A program made the position numbers and the translations under genes. Under the pieces are notes generated by a model. That model ran no database searches. It saw only the letters and a program-made list of their open reading frames with translations, and had not been told where the DNA came from. DNA of 36,808 nucleotides from Polyangiales bacterium (lineage in GTDB: Bacteria > Myxococcota_A > Polyangia > Polyangiales > Houyiibacteriaceae): the NCBI GenBank assembly GCA_045106895.1, contig JBGCFM010000185.1, forward strand, positions 1 to 36,808, read 5' to 3'. Shown here piece after piece: positions 17,195 through 26,716 of this stretch. Every line of letters starts with the position of its first letter. The stretch's first letter is position 1.

Positions 17195-19092
17195 TCGAGT
17201 TCTTCCCAGCGGGCCATGAGCCGCGCGACTTCGTCTTCGGCGGCTTTGTGCTCTGCCACCAAGGCGGAGACATCGCCGTCTCCCGAGTAGAGCGCCGGGT
17301 CCGCAAGCTTCTCGGAGAGTTCCGCGGTCTTCTTCTCGGCGGCGTCGATGGCGTCCATCATCCCTGCGAGCTCGCGCTTCTCTTTGCCATTGAGGGCGTT
17401 GCTTGGTTTGGCTTTCTTCTTCGCCTTCCCCTTCTCTTTGGCGGGCTCTTTCTTCGCCTGCTGCGCTTCTTTGCGTTGCTTGGCCTGTTGCTGAGCGCGC
17501 AGCCCCACGTAGGTCTGGTAATCACCTACGTAGCGAATGACCTCACCTTCGCCTTCGAAGGCGAGAATCGACGTTGCGACGCGGTCCAAGAAATAGCGGT
17601 CATGGCTGACGATGATCGCCGTCGCGTCGGCTTCTACGAGGAGCTCTTCCAACGCGCCGAGCGTTGCCACGTCGAGGTCGTTCGTTGGCTCATCAAAGAC
17701 CAAGACGTTCGCGGGCTTCAACAGGAGCTTGGCGAGGGCGACACGAGCACGTTCGCCGCCGGAGAGCGAGCCCACTTTTTGACGGAGCTCTCCGCCATCA
17801 AAGAGAAAGCGCGCCATGTACGAGCGAATGTCGATGGTGGTCCCGCGAAAATCGATGCGCGTCGCTTTGCCTGCAACATTCTCCTGGATCGACGCGTTGT
17901 CGTCGAGACCTGAACGGCCCTGGTCGAAGTAGGCAAAGTTCGTGTTCTTCCCGATGTTGACTTCGCCCTCGGCGGGCGTGTCGATGCCGAGCATGACGCG
18001 CAGCAGCGACGTCTTTCCGCAGCCGCTTTGCCCAATGATTCCGATGCGCTCGCCCTGCGTGAGACGCAGCTCAAGGTCTTTGACGAGCCTCCGGCCTTCG
18101 ATGTCCACGGACACGTTCAGCACCTCGAGGACGGTGTTCCCGAGGCGTTCCGTCTCGATGCTCAGCTTGGTGGTTCCGGCCTGAGCCAAGGGTTTGTTGG
18201 CGATGGCCGCCTCGGCGCGCTGGGCCCGTGACTTCGACTTGGTACGCCGCGCCGAAGGGGAACGGCGCAGCCACTCGAGCTCCGTGCGCAGGAAGTTCTG
18301 CCGGTTGGCTTCGGAGCGCGCCTCTTGAGCGATGCGTTCTGCCTTCGCCTGAAGGTACGCGCTCCAGCCACCTTTGTAGGAAAAGAGGCGTCCGTGGTCG
18401 AGCTCCAGCGTTCGAAGCGCCACGTTCTCAAGGACATAACGGTCATGGGTGACCAGCAAGAGCGCGCCGCGGAACGACGTCGTCAGGTAACGCTCAAGCC
18501 ATTCGATGGTCTCGACGTCCAGGTGGTTTGTTGGCTCATCGAGAATCGCAAAGTCCGGGGCGCTCACCAGAAGGCGCGCGAGGTCGACGCGTCTACGTTC
18601 GCCGCCGGAGAGCGTCTCGACGAGCGCAGAAGGGTCGAGGATGCCCAAGTGATCGAGGGTGCGCTGGACCTCGCGGTCTGCGTCCCAGCCGCCCAGCCGC
18701 TCCACGTCCGCTGCGGCGTTCTCCTGCTCCACCAAAAGCGAGTCGAAATCCGCGTCGGGCCTGCTCATGGCGTCGCTCGCCGCGGCGTGGCGTTCTTTGG
18801 CCGAACGCCACTCGGAGAGCGCGCCCATGACGACGTCGTGGGCCGTCATCCCGTCTTCGAGGGCAGGGCGCTGCGAGAGGTACGCGATCCGTGCTTCGCG
18901 GCGTACAGAGATCTCGCCCGCGTCCGTGGGAATCATCCCCGCGAGCATCTTCGCCAGCGTGGACTTTCCCGCGCCGTTATCGCCGACGAGACCAACACGT
19001 TCGCTCTCGCCAATGGAGACGTCTCCGTCTTCGAGAATAAGGGTAGGGCCGAAGGACTTTGCGAGTCCCTTTGCCGTAATGATTGGAGTCAT
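17182..19092 (-). CDS. uup: ABC-F family ATP-binding protein (Uup-like)
   Basis: Two ABC domains (GDNGAGKST/LSGGERRR/LDEPTNHLD and GQSGCGKTS/LSGGERAR/DEPTNDLD), interdomain 'ELEWLRR', C-terminal coiled coil ending 'MARWEEL', no TM segments. Confidence 0.9.
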   Translation of the reverse strand: MTPIITAKGLAKSFGPTLILEDGDVSIGESERVGLVGDNGAGKSTLAKMLAGMIPTDAGEISVRREARIAYLSQRPALEDGMTAHDVVMGALSEWRSAKERHAAASDAMSRPDADFDSLLVEQENAAADVERLGGWDADREVQRTLDHLGILDPSALVETLSGGERRRVDLARLLVSAPDFAILDEPTNHLDVETIEWLERYLTTSFRGALLLVTHDRYVLENVALRTLELDHGRLFSYKGGWSAYLQAKAERIAQEARSEANRQNFLRTELEWLRRSPSARRTKSKSRAQRAEAAIANKPLAQAGTTKLSIETERLGNTVLEVLNVSVDIEGRRLVKDLELRLTQGERIGIIGQSGCGKTSLLRVMLGIDTPAEGEVNIGKNTNFAYFDQGRSGLDDNASIQENVAGKATRIDFRGTTIDIRSYMARFLFDGGELRQKVGSLSGGERARVALAKLLLKPANVLVFDEPTNDLDVATLGALEELLVEADATAIIVSHDRYFLDRVATSILAFEGEGEVIRYVGDYQTYVGLRAQQQAKQRKEAQQAKKEPAKEKGKAKKKAKPSNALNGKEKRELAGMMDAIDAAEKKTAELSEKLADPALYSGDGDVSALVAEHKAAEDEVARLMARWEELDARS

Positions 19093-19100
19093 CGAAATCG

Positions 19101-20297
19101 CTATTCGCGTGGCGTTAGTTCAACCAGCACATCGCCTTCGCCAAGGACCACGGCTGCATCCGCATCGCTCATGAGCCGGTCGCGAACAAAGGCAAGTGCA
19201 AAGAGCTTCACGAGATCGATTTCGCTCGCGGCGTCCTGCTCCGAACACCGAGGGAAAGTCGGAATCATCACGCAGATGTCTGTAAACGAGTTGTGGGCGC
19301 CGCCGAGCAAGTTCCAGCGCAAGTCGTCTTCGCCGTCCAGCGCGTTCCAGTACTCATCGTCCGCCGCACGGCCAGCGGGGTGCCCATCGTTCTCGGCGAC
19401 CATCTGCATCACGGGGATCGTGACTTCGCTGAAGTCGTCGAAGAGTCCAAAGTCCCCGGACGCCATCGCGAGCATCGCGTCGTAACGATCATCGGCGAAG
19501 CCGCCATCCAAGAGCGTGAGCGCGTCTTCCGTCAGGCCCTCGCAGATCGCCGAACCGAGGCTCTCGTCCGCGCAGCCATCACGAATGCCTTCGACGTCGT
19601 AGCTCGCGCCGGCGAGGGCAAACGCCGTGTAGCCGCCGAAGCTATGACCGCTCAGGACGCGAGGTGTGCTCATGAGGGCACCCAAGAAATCGTCCGCCAG
19701 GGCGAAGTCGAGGGAGGCGCGAACATCGTGGGGGCGCAAGTAGTAGATCTCCGCTGTCCGCGAGTCTCCGTCCACGACGGTGTTTCCGGTGTGCTCCGGC
19801 GCGAGGACGACCCAGCCGTGGGACGCGAAGTGTTCCATCACGTAGGCGAGCGCATCCGGGATCGCCTGGTGCCCGTGCGAGAACATAAGCACCGGGTAGG
19901 AGCCAGGCTTCGCTTCCACGTCGAGTCGTGCTGTGGTGGATGGCCGAAGCGTGTACATCGGCCGCTCACCTTCGTCGACGCTGCCGGGGTACCAAGCGAG
20001 AAGCCGCACCTCCCGGGAGTCCGCCGTATCTGGGCGCTCGTAGCTCACGGACAGCTCACGAAAGCCAACGACCTCTGGGCCTCGAAGCCCGAGGCGCTCC
20101 CGCGCGTTCGTTGGCGTGACGACATCCGGACCACCATCCACGGAGACGTCCGGTGCATCCGCCGCAGCGTCTATGGCCACATCGTTTGTATCCAGCGTCG
20201 CATCCGGCGTGCCGGCGTCTGAACCAGCGTCGCTGGCGTCGTCATCGCCGCACCCGAAGAGGCCGCAGAGGACCAACGCCAGCGCTACGCGCTTCAC
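19101..20297 (-). CDS. Lipoprotein alpha/beta hydrolase (PAF-AH/dienelactone hydrolase-like)
   Basis: Lipobox LFGC, WYP, FSHG, ASHGWVV.APEH.GN, GHSFGG nucleophile, GAHNSF. The GTG start overlaps the yqeY stop. Confidence 0.85.
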   Translation of the reverse strand: MKRVALALVLCGLFGCGDDDASDAGSDAGTPDATLDTNDVAIDAAADAPDVSVDGGPDVVTPTNARERLGLRGPEVVGFRELSVSYERPDTADSREVRLLAWYPGSVDEGERPMYTLRPSTTARLDVEAKPGSYPVLMFSHGHQAIPDALAYVMEHFASHGWVVLAPEHTGNTVVDGDSRTAEIYYLRPHDVRASLDFALADDFLGALMSTPRVLSGHSFGGYTAFALAGASYDVEGIRDGCADESLGSAICEGLTEDALTLLDGGFADDRYDAMLAMASGDFGLFDDFSEVTIPVMQMVAENDGHPAGRAADDEYWNALDGEDDLRWNLLGGAHNSFTDICVMIPTFPRCSEQDAASEIDLVKLFALAFVRDRLMSDADAAVVLGEGDVLVELTPRE

Positions 20298-20737
20298 GAG
20301 AGAACCGAAGCCGCGATCTTTGACGCCATCTTGCCGTCGAGCTGACCGCGGTTACGCGCCATGGCCTCCTTGATGAGGGAACCCATCTGCTTCTTTTCGG
20401 TGACACCGAGCTCCTTGGCGAGGGCTTCGATGATGGTGCGCGCTTCGTCTTCGCTGAGGGCCTTGGGCAAGTACCGCTCCACCACAGCAACTTCCGCGAG
20501 CTCTTTGTCGACGAGGTCCTTGCGGCCGCCTTCTTCGTATTGCGCCGCGCTCTCTTTACGGGTCTTCGCGGCTCGAGCGATGACGTCGATCTCTTCGCCA
20601 TCGCTCAGCTCGCTGCCCTTCGTGAGCTCGGCCTTTTCGAGGTCGCTCTTCAGCATACGAATGGTGTCGCGCGTGACGACGTCTTTGGCCTTCATGGCGG
20701 CCTTCAGGTCTTCTTGAAGCTTGGCTTGAATCGACAT
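20294..20737 (-). CDS. yqeY: GatB/YqeY domain protein
   Basis: DLKAAMKAKD...IRML, K.RKES..QY..GGR.DL...E..E....YLP..LS, KQMG, DGK. Confidence 0.93.
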   Translation of the reverse strand: MSIQAKLQEDLKAAMKAKDVVTRDTIRMLKSDLEKAELTKGSELSDGEEIDVIARAAKTRKESAAQYEEGGRKDLVDKELAEVAVVERYLPKALSEDEARTIIEALAKELGVTEKKQMGSLIKEAMARNRGQLDGKMASKIAASVLS

Positions 20738-20849
20738 GGCCTCACTCTCGCACAGCCACGCGCCATCGCAACGGCGAACGCGCCCTTATCATGCAGTCTC
20801 CAGCGCGGAAGCCTTGTCTTCGCTGCGTCCTCCATGCCAGCATTCCACA

Positions 20850-21416
20850 GTGATCAGCCGTCTTCCTCAGGTCTATGCCGTCCTCTTGGGGACCGTCGTT
20901 CTCAGCGCGTGCACCGTTGACCTCGGAGAGTGCAACGACCCCGTCGCGCGACGCGTGGTCTACGACCCGGATGGTTTCCCGGCCTATGAAGGTCAGGCTC
21001 TCGTCGCGACGAGCTGCGGCAACGTGTTCTACTGTCACTCTTCCATTGCGGACCCGGAGTTTCGATACGGCGCGACAGTGGGCTTCGATTTTGACATTCA
21101 ACTCGGCGAGACACCGGAGGATGCCGAGCGTCTCCGGCAGGCCCAGGCGAACGTTCTCGAGTACCGAGACGATATCTACTGCGAAGTCCAAGATGGACGC
21201 ATGCCACCCTTCGGTGAAGCGACCCTCGTGGCCCACGAGGAGATCCCACGCTACCGCAACGCGGATGGAGAGCGGATCCCCTTCATCGACTCCTTCGAAG
21301 GTCTGAACATTCTACGTGGGTGGCTGGCCTGTGACGCTCCCGTTATCGAACGGACCACGCCACATCCTGACGGTGCGACGCCCGTCGGCGACGTCGTCCC
21401 ACGTCTGACGAATTAG
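20850..21416 (+). CDS. Cys-containing lipoprotein, possible atypical c-type cytochrome
   Basis: Lipobox LSAC, CGNVFYCH (CX5CH), GRMPP, and C-terminal 'LRGWLACDAP'. GTG start at 20850 is inferred. Confidence 0.65.
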   Translation: MISRLPQVYAVLLGTVVLSACTVDLGECNDPVARRVVYDPDGFPAYEGQALVATSCGNVFYCHSSIADPEFRYGATVGFDFDIQLGETPEDAERLRQAQANVLEYRDDIYCEVQDGRMPPFGEATLVAHEEIPRYRNADGERIPFIDSFEGLNILRGWLACDAPVIERTTPHPDGATPVGDVVPRLTN

Positions 21417-21485
21417 TCTGCGTTTCGGAACTCGACTCTGCAGATGAGCGGCCGGGGCTGCTTCGGGCGCAGCTCTCTGCCTAGC

Positions 21486-22328
21486 CTAGAAGACGTCTCG
21501 TTCGCGAGTTTCGAGTCGCATCCGCCCGGCACTCCTGCGCTCGAACCGATAGTCTAAGACGTACTCGTCCATTCGAACGCGCCCTTCAGCGAGCCTTGGG
21601 CTTTCAGTGTTCTGCGCGCGCCTGATGCTGTCGATATGCGGTACGCCGGTGGGGCGTTCCCCGGGACTTAGCGTCGTGGTCCCGTAGAGGACTCCGATGA
21701 CGAGCTCGGCCAACGCCGCGGTGCCCTGCGTTGGCGGTTCGTGCGCCAAGGGAGCAAGTGGTTCGCAGTTGACGAGGCGCACGTCGGAAGGAGAGATGAG
21801 ACCTGACATCTCTGTGCTCCAGGGACACGACTGGATGGAGTCGATGACATGGTTCGAGCCGGTGGCACTTGCTTCGTGGGTGCCGACGACCACCACATGT
21901 CGCAGCCGCGTGCCTTGTAGTATGAAGTAGTGACAAGGCCATTTTTCGGTAGTGTGACCTCTCCGCCAACCGCTCCCGGAGACGCTAATGAACGTCGCAC
22001 CGTCAGTGCCGGATAAGCGCGGACCGAAGCTCATGCCCCATGTGTCCCATTGGTCTTCTTGTACGTTCGCTTCCACGAATTCGAGGTAGTGTTGAACGAG
22101 TTCTCGCTCTTCTACGTTGAGGCCCGCGCACCCGGAAAGGCCCCCGCAGATGTGCCCGTCAATTGAGGCGCCGGACAGGAAGAGCTCCTCTGCGGGTCGC
22201 TCTTCCGTAGGCGCTCTACTCGATGGACTCGAAGCGCGCTCCCGCTCGCACCCGTCCAATCCGGCGGACGGTTGGGCACATGCCACTGCAATGACGAGAG
22301 ACGCCGCGAAAGAGTAGGGTCGGGTCAT
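21486..22328 (-). CDS. Hypothetical lipoprotein
   Basis: Open frame with lipobox-like VIAVAC, GGAG RBS before ATG 22328, and an upstream sigma54-like motif. No recognisable domain. Confidence 0.55.
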   Translation of the reverse strand: MTRPYSFAASLVIAVACAQPSAGLDGCERERASSPSSRAPTEERPAEELFLSGASIDGHICGGLSGCAGLNVEERELVQHYLEFVEANVQEDQWDTWGMSFGPRLSGTDGATFISVSGSGWRRGHTTEKWPCHYFILQGTRLRHVVVVGTHEASATGSNHVIDSIQSCPWSTEMSGLISPSDVRLVNCEPLAPLAHEPPTQGTAALAELVIGVLYGTTTLSPGERPTGVPHIDSIRRAQNTESPRLAEGRVRMDEYVLDYRFERRSAGRMRLETRERDVF

Positions 22329-22366
22329 CTGAGGGTACTCCGTTGGTGGTTCATCGCCCGCGAAGC

Positions 22367-22382
22367 AGCATGGAGCGTGCCA
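22367..22382 (-). promoter_or_regulatory. Sigma54 (-24/-12) promoter
   Basis: Minus strand TGGCACGCTCCATGCT has GG-N10-GC spacing and is one mismatch from TGGCACG-N4-TTGC(A/T); it lies 38 nt upstream of ATG 22328. Confidence 0.65.
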
Positions 22383-22501
22383 GTTGGCCTCGCGCGCCAA
22401 GCGCGCGAATCCTGCGAATCAGCGGAAGTCGCTACTGACACATTGGACGCTGTACCGAAGAGCGCGTGACAGCACGTCAGCGGAGGATTCGTTGTCAGGC
22501 G

Positions 22502-23950
22502 CTACTCCACGCCGTAGACGATGACTTGGCGCGGTCGGTGTTGCGTGATGCGTAGACGTGCCGACGCGAGTCCAAAACGAGCCACGATTTCATCGTGGAG
22601 CTCTTCTCGCTGGCGCGCGTTTCCGGGCGCCCGAACCTCGATGGCCGAGCGCGGGAATAGGTCGGCGAGCCAACCGACACGGTGAACGAGTTCTGCAGCG
22701 TTGGTGATTGGGACGCGTAGGATCGGCGCCGTGTCGAAGGAAGTTCGCGCTGCAGGCGGAGTCGGCACGACGGCGCTCGCGCGCGCTGCCAGCGCGACCA
22801 ACGACGAATCCACCGGGGTCTGGGAAGGCGCCGGGGTCACCAGCACACCGGCTTCTCGCCAAATGCGCCACGTCTCCCCGAAGAGCGTGTTCATACTGAG
22901 CGCACCTCGCCCCGAAAGCCCGAAGGCACGCACGTTCTGCGCAAGGTCGGCTACTTGAATCTGGCCCAAGTGCTGAAGAATACGCACGGGGTCAGAGTTC
23001 GTGGCTGTGGCGATGAGACGCGCCGAGTCGGCTGCGTGCTCGCGGATCTCCTCTACCCCCTCGAACCAGCCGTGAAGCCAACGGCCGAGGAGCTCTTGTC
23101 CTCCTTCGTCGTCGTAGACCGTGGCCGGCGCAATGATGACCCAGGGGACGAGCGTCGAGGCGTCGGCGCTCGTCGCGATGAGTCGACCGCTTCCGGCGTC
23201 CGTGCCCGCACTGCGGTCGTGCGCTCGAAAACCAGAGCCGCACCGCTCCTGGAGGTTCACATCACTCACGGAGGTGCCTGAAAGTTCGAGGAGGTAGAGC
23301 GCGAAGAAGGACTCCGGTGTCCCTAGCTCGGCGCATAGCGCTACCGTGGCCGCGCGGCGCGTGCGCCGGTTCTGCATTAAGCTGTCGCTCGCAGGACCGT
23401 AGAGCGCGTCGCGACCTTGGGACCACCCTGCGACACCGACGATGCGCGGATCGAGGGCGCGGAGTCGTTCGTAGCTGGCCACGAACGAAGGCAGCGGCAA
23501 GATGAGCAAGTGTGCGCCGTCGTCGTCGTCGCCGCCGAGAGACAGAGCTCGCTCTGCAGCGCTCACCTCGGACACCTTGCGCAGACGAACGTCGAGTGAG
23601 GCCCGGGCGAAGTCGCTCGCGTCCGTCGAGACGAGGCCACCTCCGGCGATGATGCCTGGCGCGATGGACTCCGCGCCAAGACCCACCACACGAATCGTCG
23701 CGTGTTCCTCCTCGGCGTCGTCCGCTTCCGCGGAGTTGACGGGCGCGCCCTGGCCGTCTTCATTTTCGGCGCCGCTCTCTTGGGGTTCGGCGACGCGGAC
23801 GAGGGCGCCGTCTTCCTCCTCATCGGGTTCGGCGACGCTCTCCGCGCCGGTGTCGGGAAGACTGCCTCCAAGGCGCTGGTAGCCGAAGAACCCGAGCGTT
23901 CCAAGGAGGGATGTGAGCACTACAAATACGAACCACTGTCGTTTCTTCAT
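22502..23950 (-). CDS. Membrane-anchored substrate-binding protein (NMT1/type-II PBP-like) with possible degenerate OmpA-like C-terminus
   Basis: N-terminal TM, acidic linker, 'GWSQGRDAL', 'GTPESFFALYLL', 'LIATSADASTLVP', 'LAQN..AFGL'. The ATG directly follows the protease stop (TAGATG). Confidence 0.55.
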   Translation of the reverse strand: MKKRQWFVFVVLTSLLGTLGFFGYQRLGGSLPDTGAESVAEPDEEEDGALVRVAEPQESGAENEDGQGAPVNSAEADDAEEEHATIRVVGLGAESIAPGIIAGGGLVSTDASDFARASLDVRLRKVSEVSAAERALSLGGDDDDGAHLLILPLPSFVASYERLRALDPRIVGVAGWSQGRDALYGPASDSLMQNRRTRRAATVALCAELGTPESFFALYLLELSGTSVSDVNLQERCGSGFRAHDRSAGTDAGSGRLIATSADASTLVPWVIIAPATVYDDEGGQELLGRWLHGWFEGVEEIREHAADSARLIATATNSDPVRILQHLGQIQVADLAQNVRAFGLSGRGALSMNTLFGETWRIWREAGVLVTPAPSQTPVDSSLVALAARASAVVPTPPAARTSFDTAPILRVPITNAAELVHRVGWLADLFPRSAIEVRAPGNARQREELHDEIVARFGLASARLRITQHRPRQVIVYGVE

Positions 23951-25075
23951 CTACCAAGTCCCCATTCCGTCGATCGGTCCGCCGCCTGCATCCCGTCGGT
24001 CGGGATATTCCTGGTCGAGCTGTTCTTTCAGTACGTTGATCGGGATCGCGAGGTTGAGGTTCTGTGCGTATCCCATGCCCACAACGAGCGTCGTGACTCC
24101 CATGACTTCACCACGCAGATTGAAAACTGGTCCCCCGGAGTTGCCGGGCGACACCGGCGCAGACATCTGAATCATGGGTCGCCCCCGATGAACTCTTCGC
24201 GCGGAGACGAGCCCGTCCGTCAGGGTGTGTTCGAGACCTAGAGGGTTTCCGATGGAGATGACGCGTTCTCCGACTTGAATGGAGTCCGAGTCGCTGAGCC
24301 GTACGGGGTAGAGCTGCGCCGTCGTTGCGACGCGTAGCAAGGCGAGATCGAGGTCTTCGTTCTCCATGAGCACCTCGACTTCACTCGCCCAGGTTCCGTC
24401 GACGAACTTCACGCCCACGCGCGGCGCGGAGCGAATGACGTGCTGGTTGGTGGCGATGGTGCCGTCGTGGTCGATGACGAACCCCGTCCCTCCGCCGTGC
24501 CCCGTCGAGATGGTGACTACGGACGGCGACCAACGCGAGAAGAGCTCGGAAGGTGCAAGCTCCTCGTCTTCGGCGACCTCTTCCATGAGCTCCGGGGCAG
24601 GCGCGGCGTCAGAGCCGGCGTCCTCTTCCGTAGCGTCGATTCCTGCGTCTGTCGCTGCCACCTCTGGGCTCTCCAGCACCTGCGCCTCCTCCGGGGTCTC
24701 CTCGACTTCGCTTTGGGCGGCGAGGGCTGTGGTCCAAGCGCCGAGCTGCGAGTGTCCACGGGTGGAGAGCTGTGTCCCTTCGACCTCAAGAGCTGGACCG
24801 ATGAGCGCGTGCGCGGGCCCCACGGCGAGGGCCGAGAGCCCGAGCCAAAACACGGCGGCCACATCCGTCGGAATGCCTCGCCCTGCTTTCGGGTCCTCTG
24901 GCAGCAGCTTCGCCGCGATGACCACGGGAGTGATGAGCACGAGAGCCAAGGCACCGCCGAGCTGAACCCAGCCGTTGTCCGTGAGCGTCGAGAGTGCCGC
25001 CATCGTCACGAGGACGCTGAGCGGCAGCCCCAGGGCCACGGCGAGGAATTTCAGAACACGATAGAGAACGGCCAC
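23951..25075 (-). CDS. Membrane-bound trypsin-like serine protease (S1C, no PDZ)
   Basis: About three N-terminal TM helices; GTGFVI, TNQHVI (His), DLALL (Asp), IGNPLGL, PGNSGGP (Ser). AAGGAG RBS before GTG 25075. Confidence 0.9.
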   Translation of the reverse strand: MAVLYRVLKFLAVALGLPLSVLVTMAALSTLTDNGWVQLGGALALVLITPVVIAAKLLPEDPKAGRGIPTDVAAVFWLGLSALAVGPAHALIGPALEVEGTQLSTRGHSQLGAWTTALAAQSEVEETPEEAQVLESPEVAATDAGIDATEEDAGSDAAPAPELMEEVAEDEELAPSELFSRWSPSVVTISTGHGGGTGFVIDHDGTIATNQHVIRSAPRVGVKFVDGTWASEVEVLMENEDLDLALLRVATTAQLYPVRLSDSDSIQVGERVISIGNPLGLEHTLTDGLVSARRVHRGRPMIQMSAPVSPGNSGGPVFNLRGEVMGVTTLVVGMGYAQNLNLAIPINVLKEQLDQEYPDRRDAGGGPIDGMGTW

Positions 25076-25235
25076 GCGGCACTCCTTGGGGCGGCGCTTC
25101 ATTCGGCGCGCAACACGCGCGCGCGGAGAGGCCGTCAGGCCACGGTGGGGCTGCTTTGCTTGTCTACAAGCGGGATCAGCACGCTTGAAATCCCACAGAA
25201 AGACGAAAACAGAACTTGCGTATCGCGTTTCTGGT

Positions 25236-25254
25236 GATATTGAATGTCATTATC
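25236..25254 (+). promoter_or_regulatory. Fur box
   Basis: GATATTGAATGTCATTATC matches the consensus GATAATGATAATCATTATC at 15/19 positions. It is an AT-rich island in GC-rich DNA, 18 nt upstream of the DUF4856 start. Confidence 0.75.
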
Positions 25255-25272
25255 ATTAGTGGAGTGACCTTG

Positions 25273-26703
25273 ATGAAGCGTATTTCAATGATCTGTTTGG
25301 TGCTCGCCCTCGGCTGTGGCGACGACGATGTGAGCACTCAAGATGTCGGCACCGGCGTGGACGCAGAGGTCAGCGACACAGGTTCGGCGGACGGCGGCAT
25401 GGCCTCGACGGTCTACGCGTTTGAGAGCCAGTTCGAAGCGGGCGTGAGCAGCGTCTCCTACTCGGGTCAAATCTTCCGACACGTCCTCATCGACGACCTC
25501 AACGCGTTCGTCTCAGGGCTCGGTGACGCCATCGACTCGGGCGCCGCGGGCCTCGACACCGCTGCGGGCATTCGCGCGTCCCTCGACTTCTACGTGCGCT
25601 TCGACGACGCGGGTCTCTCTGAGACGATTCGACTGACGACGACCCCCGCCGCGTCGCAGACGACGTACGAAGACCTCTCCAGCGCCAAGAACCTCGTCGG
25701 CAAGCTCGCCGGTCAAGACGGGCGTGACCATCGTGACTTCACCATGGAGTTCGCGGGCTGGAACAGCGCCCTTGGCGAGAGCACACCCACCTCGCCTATC
25801 GAATACCTCGACGCCCTTCTCGACGAGATCGCACGACTTGGTGAGCTCCGCGCGAATGGTGAAGCGCCGGTGGGGCCGGGCGGCGAAGTGCTTCCGCCGT
25901 ACATCACCGCCGATGGCCTCGACCTCAAGCAGCTCCTACAGAAGTTTCTCCTCAGCGCCGTCGCGTTCTCTCAGGGCGCCGACGACTACCTCGACGAAGG
26001 TCTCGATTCACCGAACACTCAGAGCGAGGGCGAGGCCTACAGCGAGCTTGAGCACGCGTGGGATGAAGGCTTTGGCTACTACGGAGCGGCGCAGGACTTC
26101 ATGCTCTACACGAACGACGAGATCGCCAGCGAAGGCGGCCGAGACGACTGGCAGGGGGCTCACGACTCGAACGCCGATGGGGCTATCGACCTGGTCTCCG
26201 AACGTTTCTTCGGCGCTTCCCTCAACGCCGCCAAGCGTGACCGCGGCTCGACAAGCATGACCACGATGGGCAGCCGTGCATTCCTCGCGTTCCACGAAGG
26301 CCGCAGCATCATCGCATCCGGCGACGCGAGCCCAGAAGCCGTCGCACGCCTCGCTGTCGCCCGCGACGCCGCCGTTCTCGCATGGGAGGAGTCCATCGCT
26401 GCAACGGCGATTCATTACATCAACGACACCATCGCGGACATGGAAGCCATCGGCACAGACGACTACTCTTTTGTGGACCACGCCAAGCACTGGAGCGAGC
26501 TGAAGGGTTTCATCTTCGCTCCGCAGTTCAACCCACGTTCTCCACTCAGTGCGGCTGACTTCGCGATGGTCCACGCGCTGATTCAGGATCGTCCGGTTCT
26601 CGCAGACGCCGACACGGACGCCGTCATCGCAGACTTCCTCACGGCTCGTGGACTTCTCGCAGCCGCGTATGGTTTCGAGAGCGCCGACGTTGAAAACTGG
26701 TAA
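25273..26703 (+). CDS. DUF4856-like imelysin-related lipoprotein
   Basis: Lipobox ALGC-GDDD, 'SSVSYSGQI.R', 'DLKQLLQKFL..AVAFSQG.DDYL', 'LEHAWDEGFGYYG', 'AIHYIN', 'KHWSELKGF'; GGAG RBS. Confidence 0.8.
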   Translation: MKRISMICLVLALGCGDDDVSTQDVGTGVDAEVSDTGSADGGMASTVYAFESQFEAGVSSVSYSGQIFRHVLIDDLNAFVSGLGDAIDSGAAGLDTAAGIRASLDFYVRFDDAGLSETIRLTTTPAASQTTYEDLSSAKNLVGKLAGQDGRDHRDFTMEFAGWNSALGESTPTSPIEYLDALLDEIARLGELRANGEAPVGPGGEVLPPYITADGLDLKQLLQKFLLSAVAFSQGADDYLDEGLDSPNTQSEGEAYSELEHAWDEGFGYYGAAQDFMLYTNDEIASEGGRDDWQGAHDSNADGAIDLVSERFFGASLNAAKRDRGSTSMTTMGSRAFLAFHEGRSIIASGDASPEAVARLAVARDAAVLAWEESIAATAIHYINDTIADMEAIGTDDYSFVDHAKHWSELKGFIFAPQFNPRSPLSAADFAMVHALIQDRPVLADADTDAVIADFLTARGLLAAAYGFESADVENW

Positions 26704-26716
26704 GTCGAACTCGCAC

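Noticed and set aside
18325..20222. Long plus-strand ORFs (386 and 309 aa), and similar antisense ORFs at 3250-4251, 34212-35165 and 35087-35941
   Set aside because: Antisense to well-supported genes, which is typical of high-GC DNA, and lacking motifs.
21454..21476. Intrinsic terminator between convergent genes
   Set aside because: The 8-bp stem has two G-T pairs and no U-tract; too weak to call.
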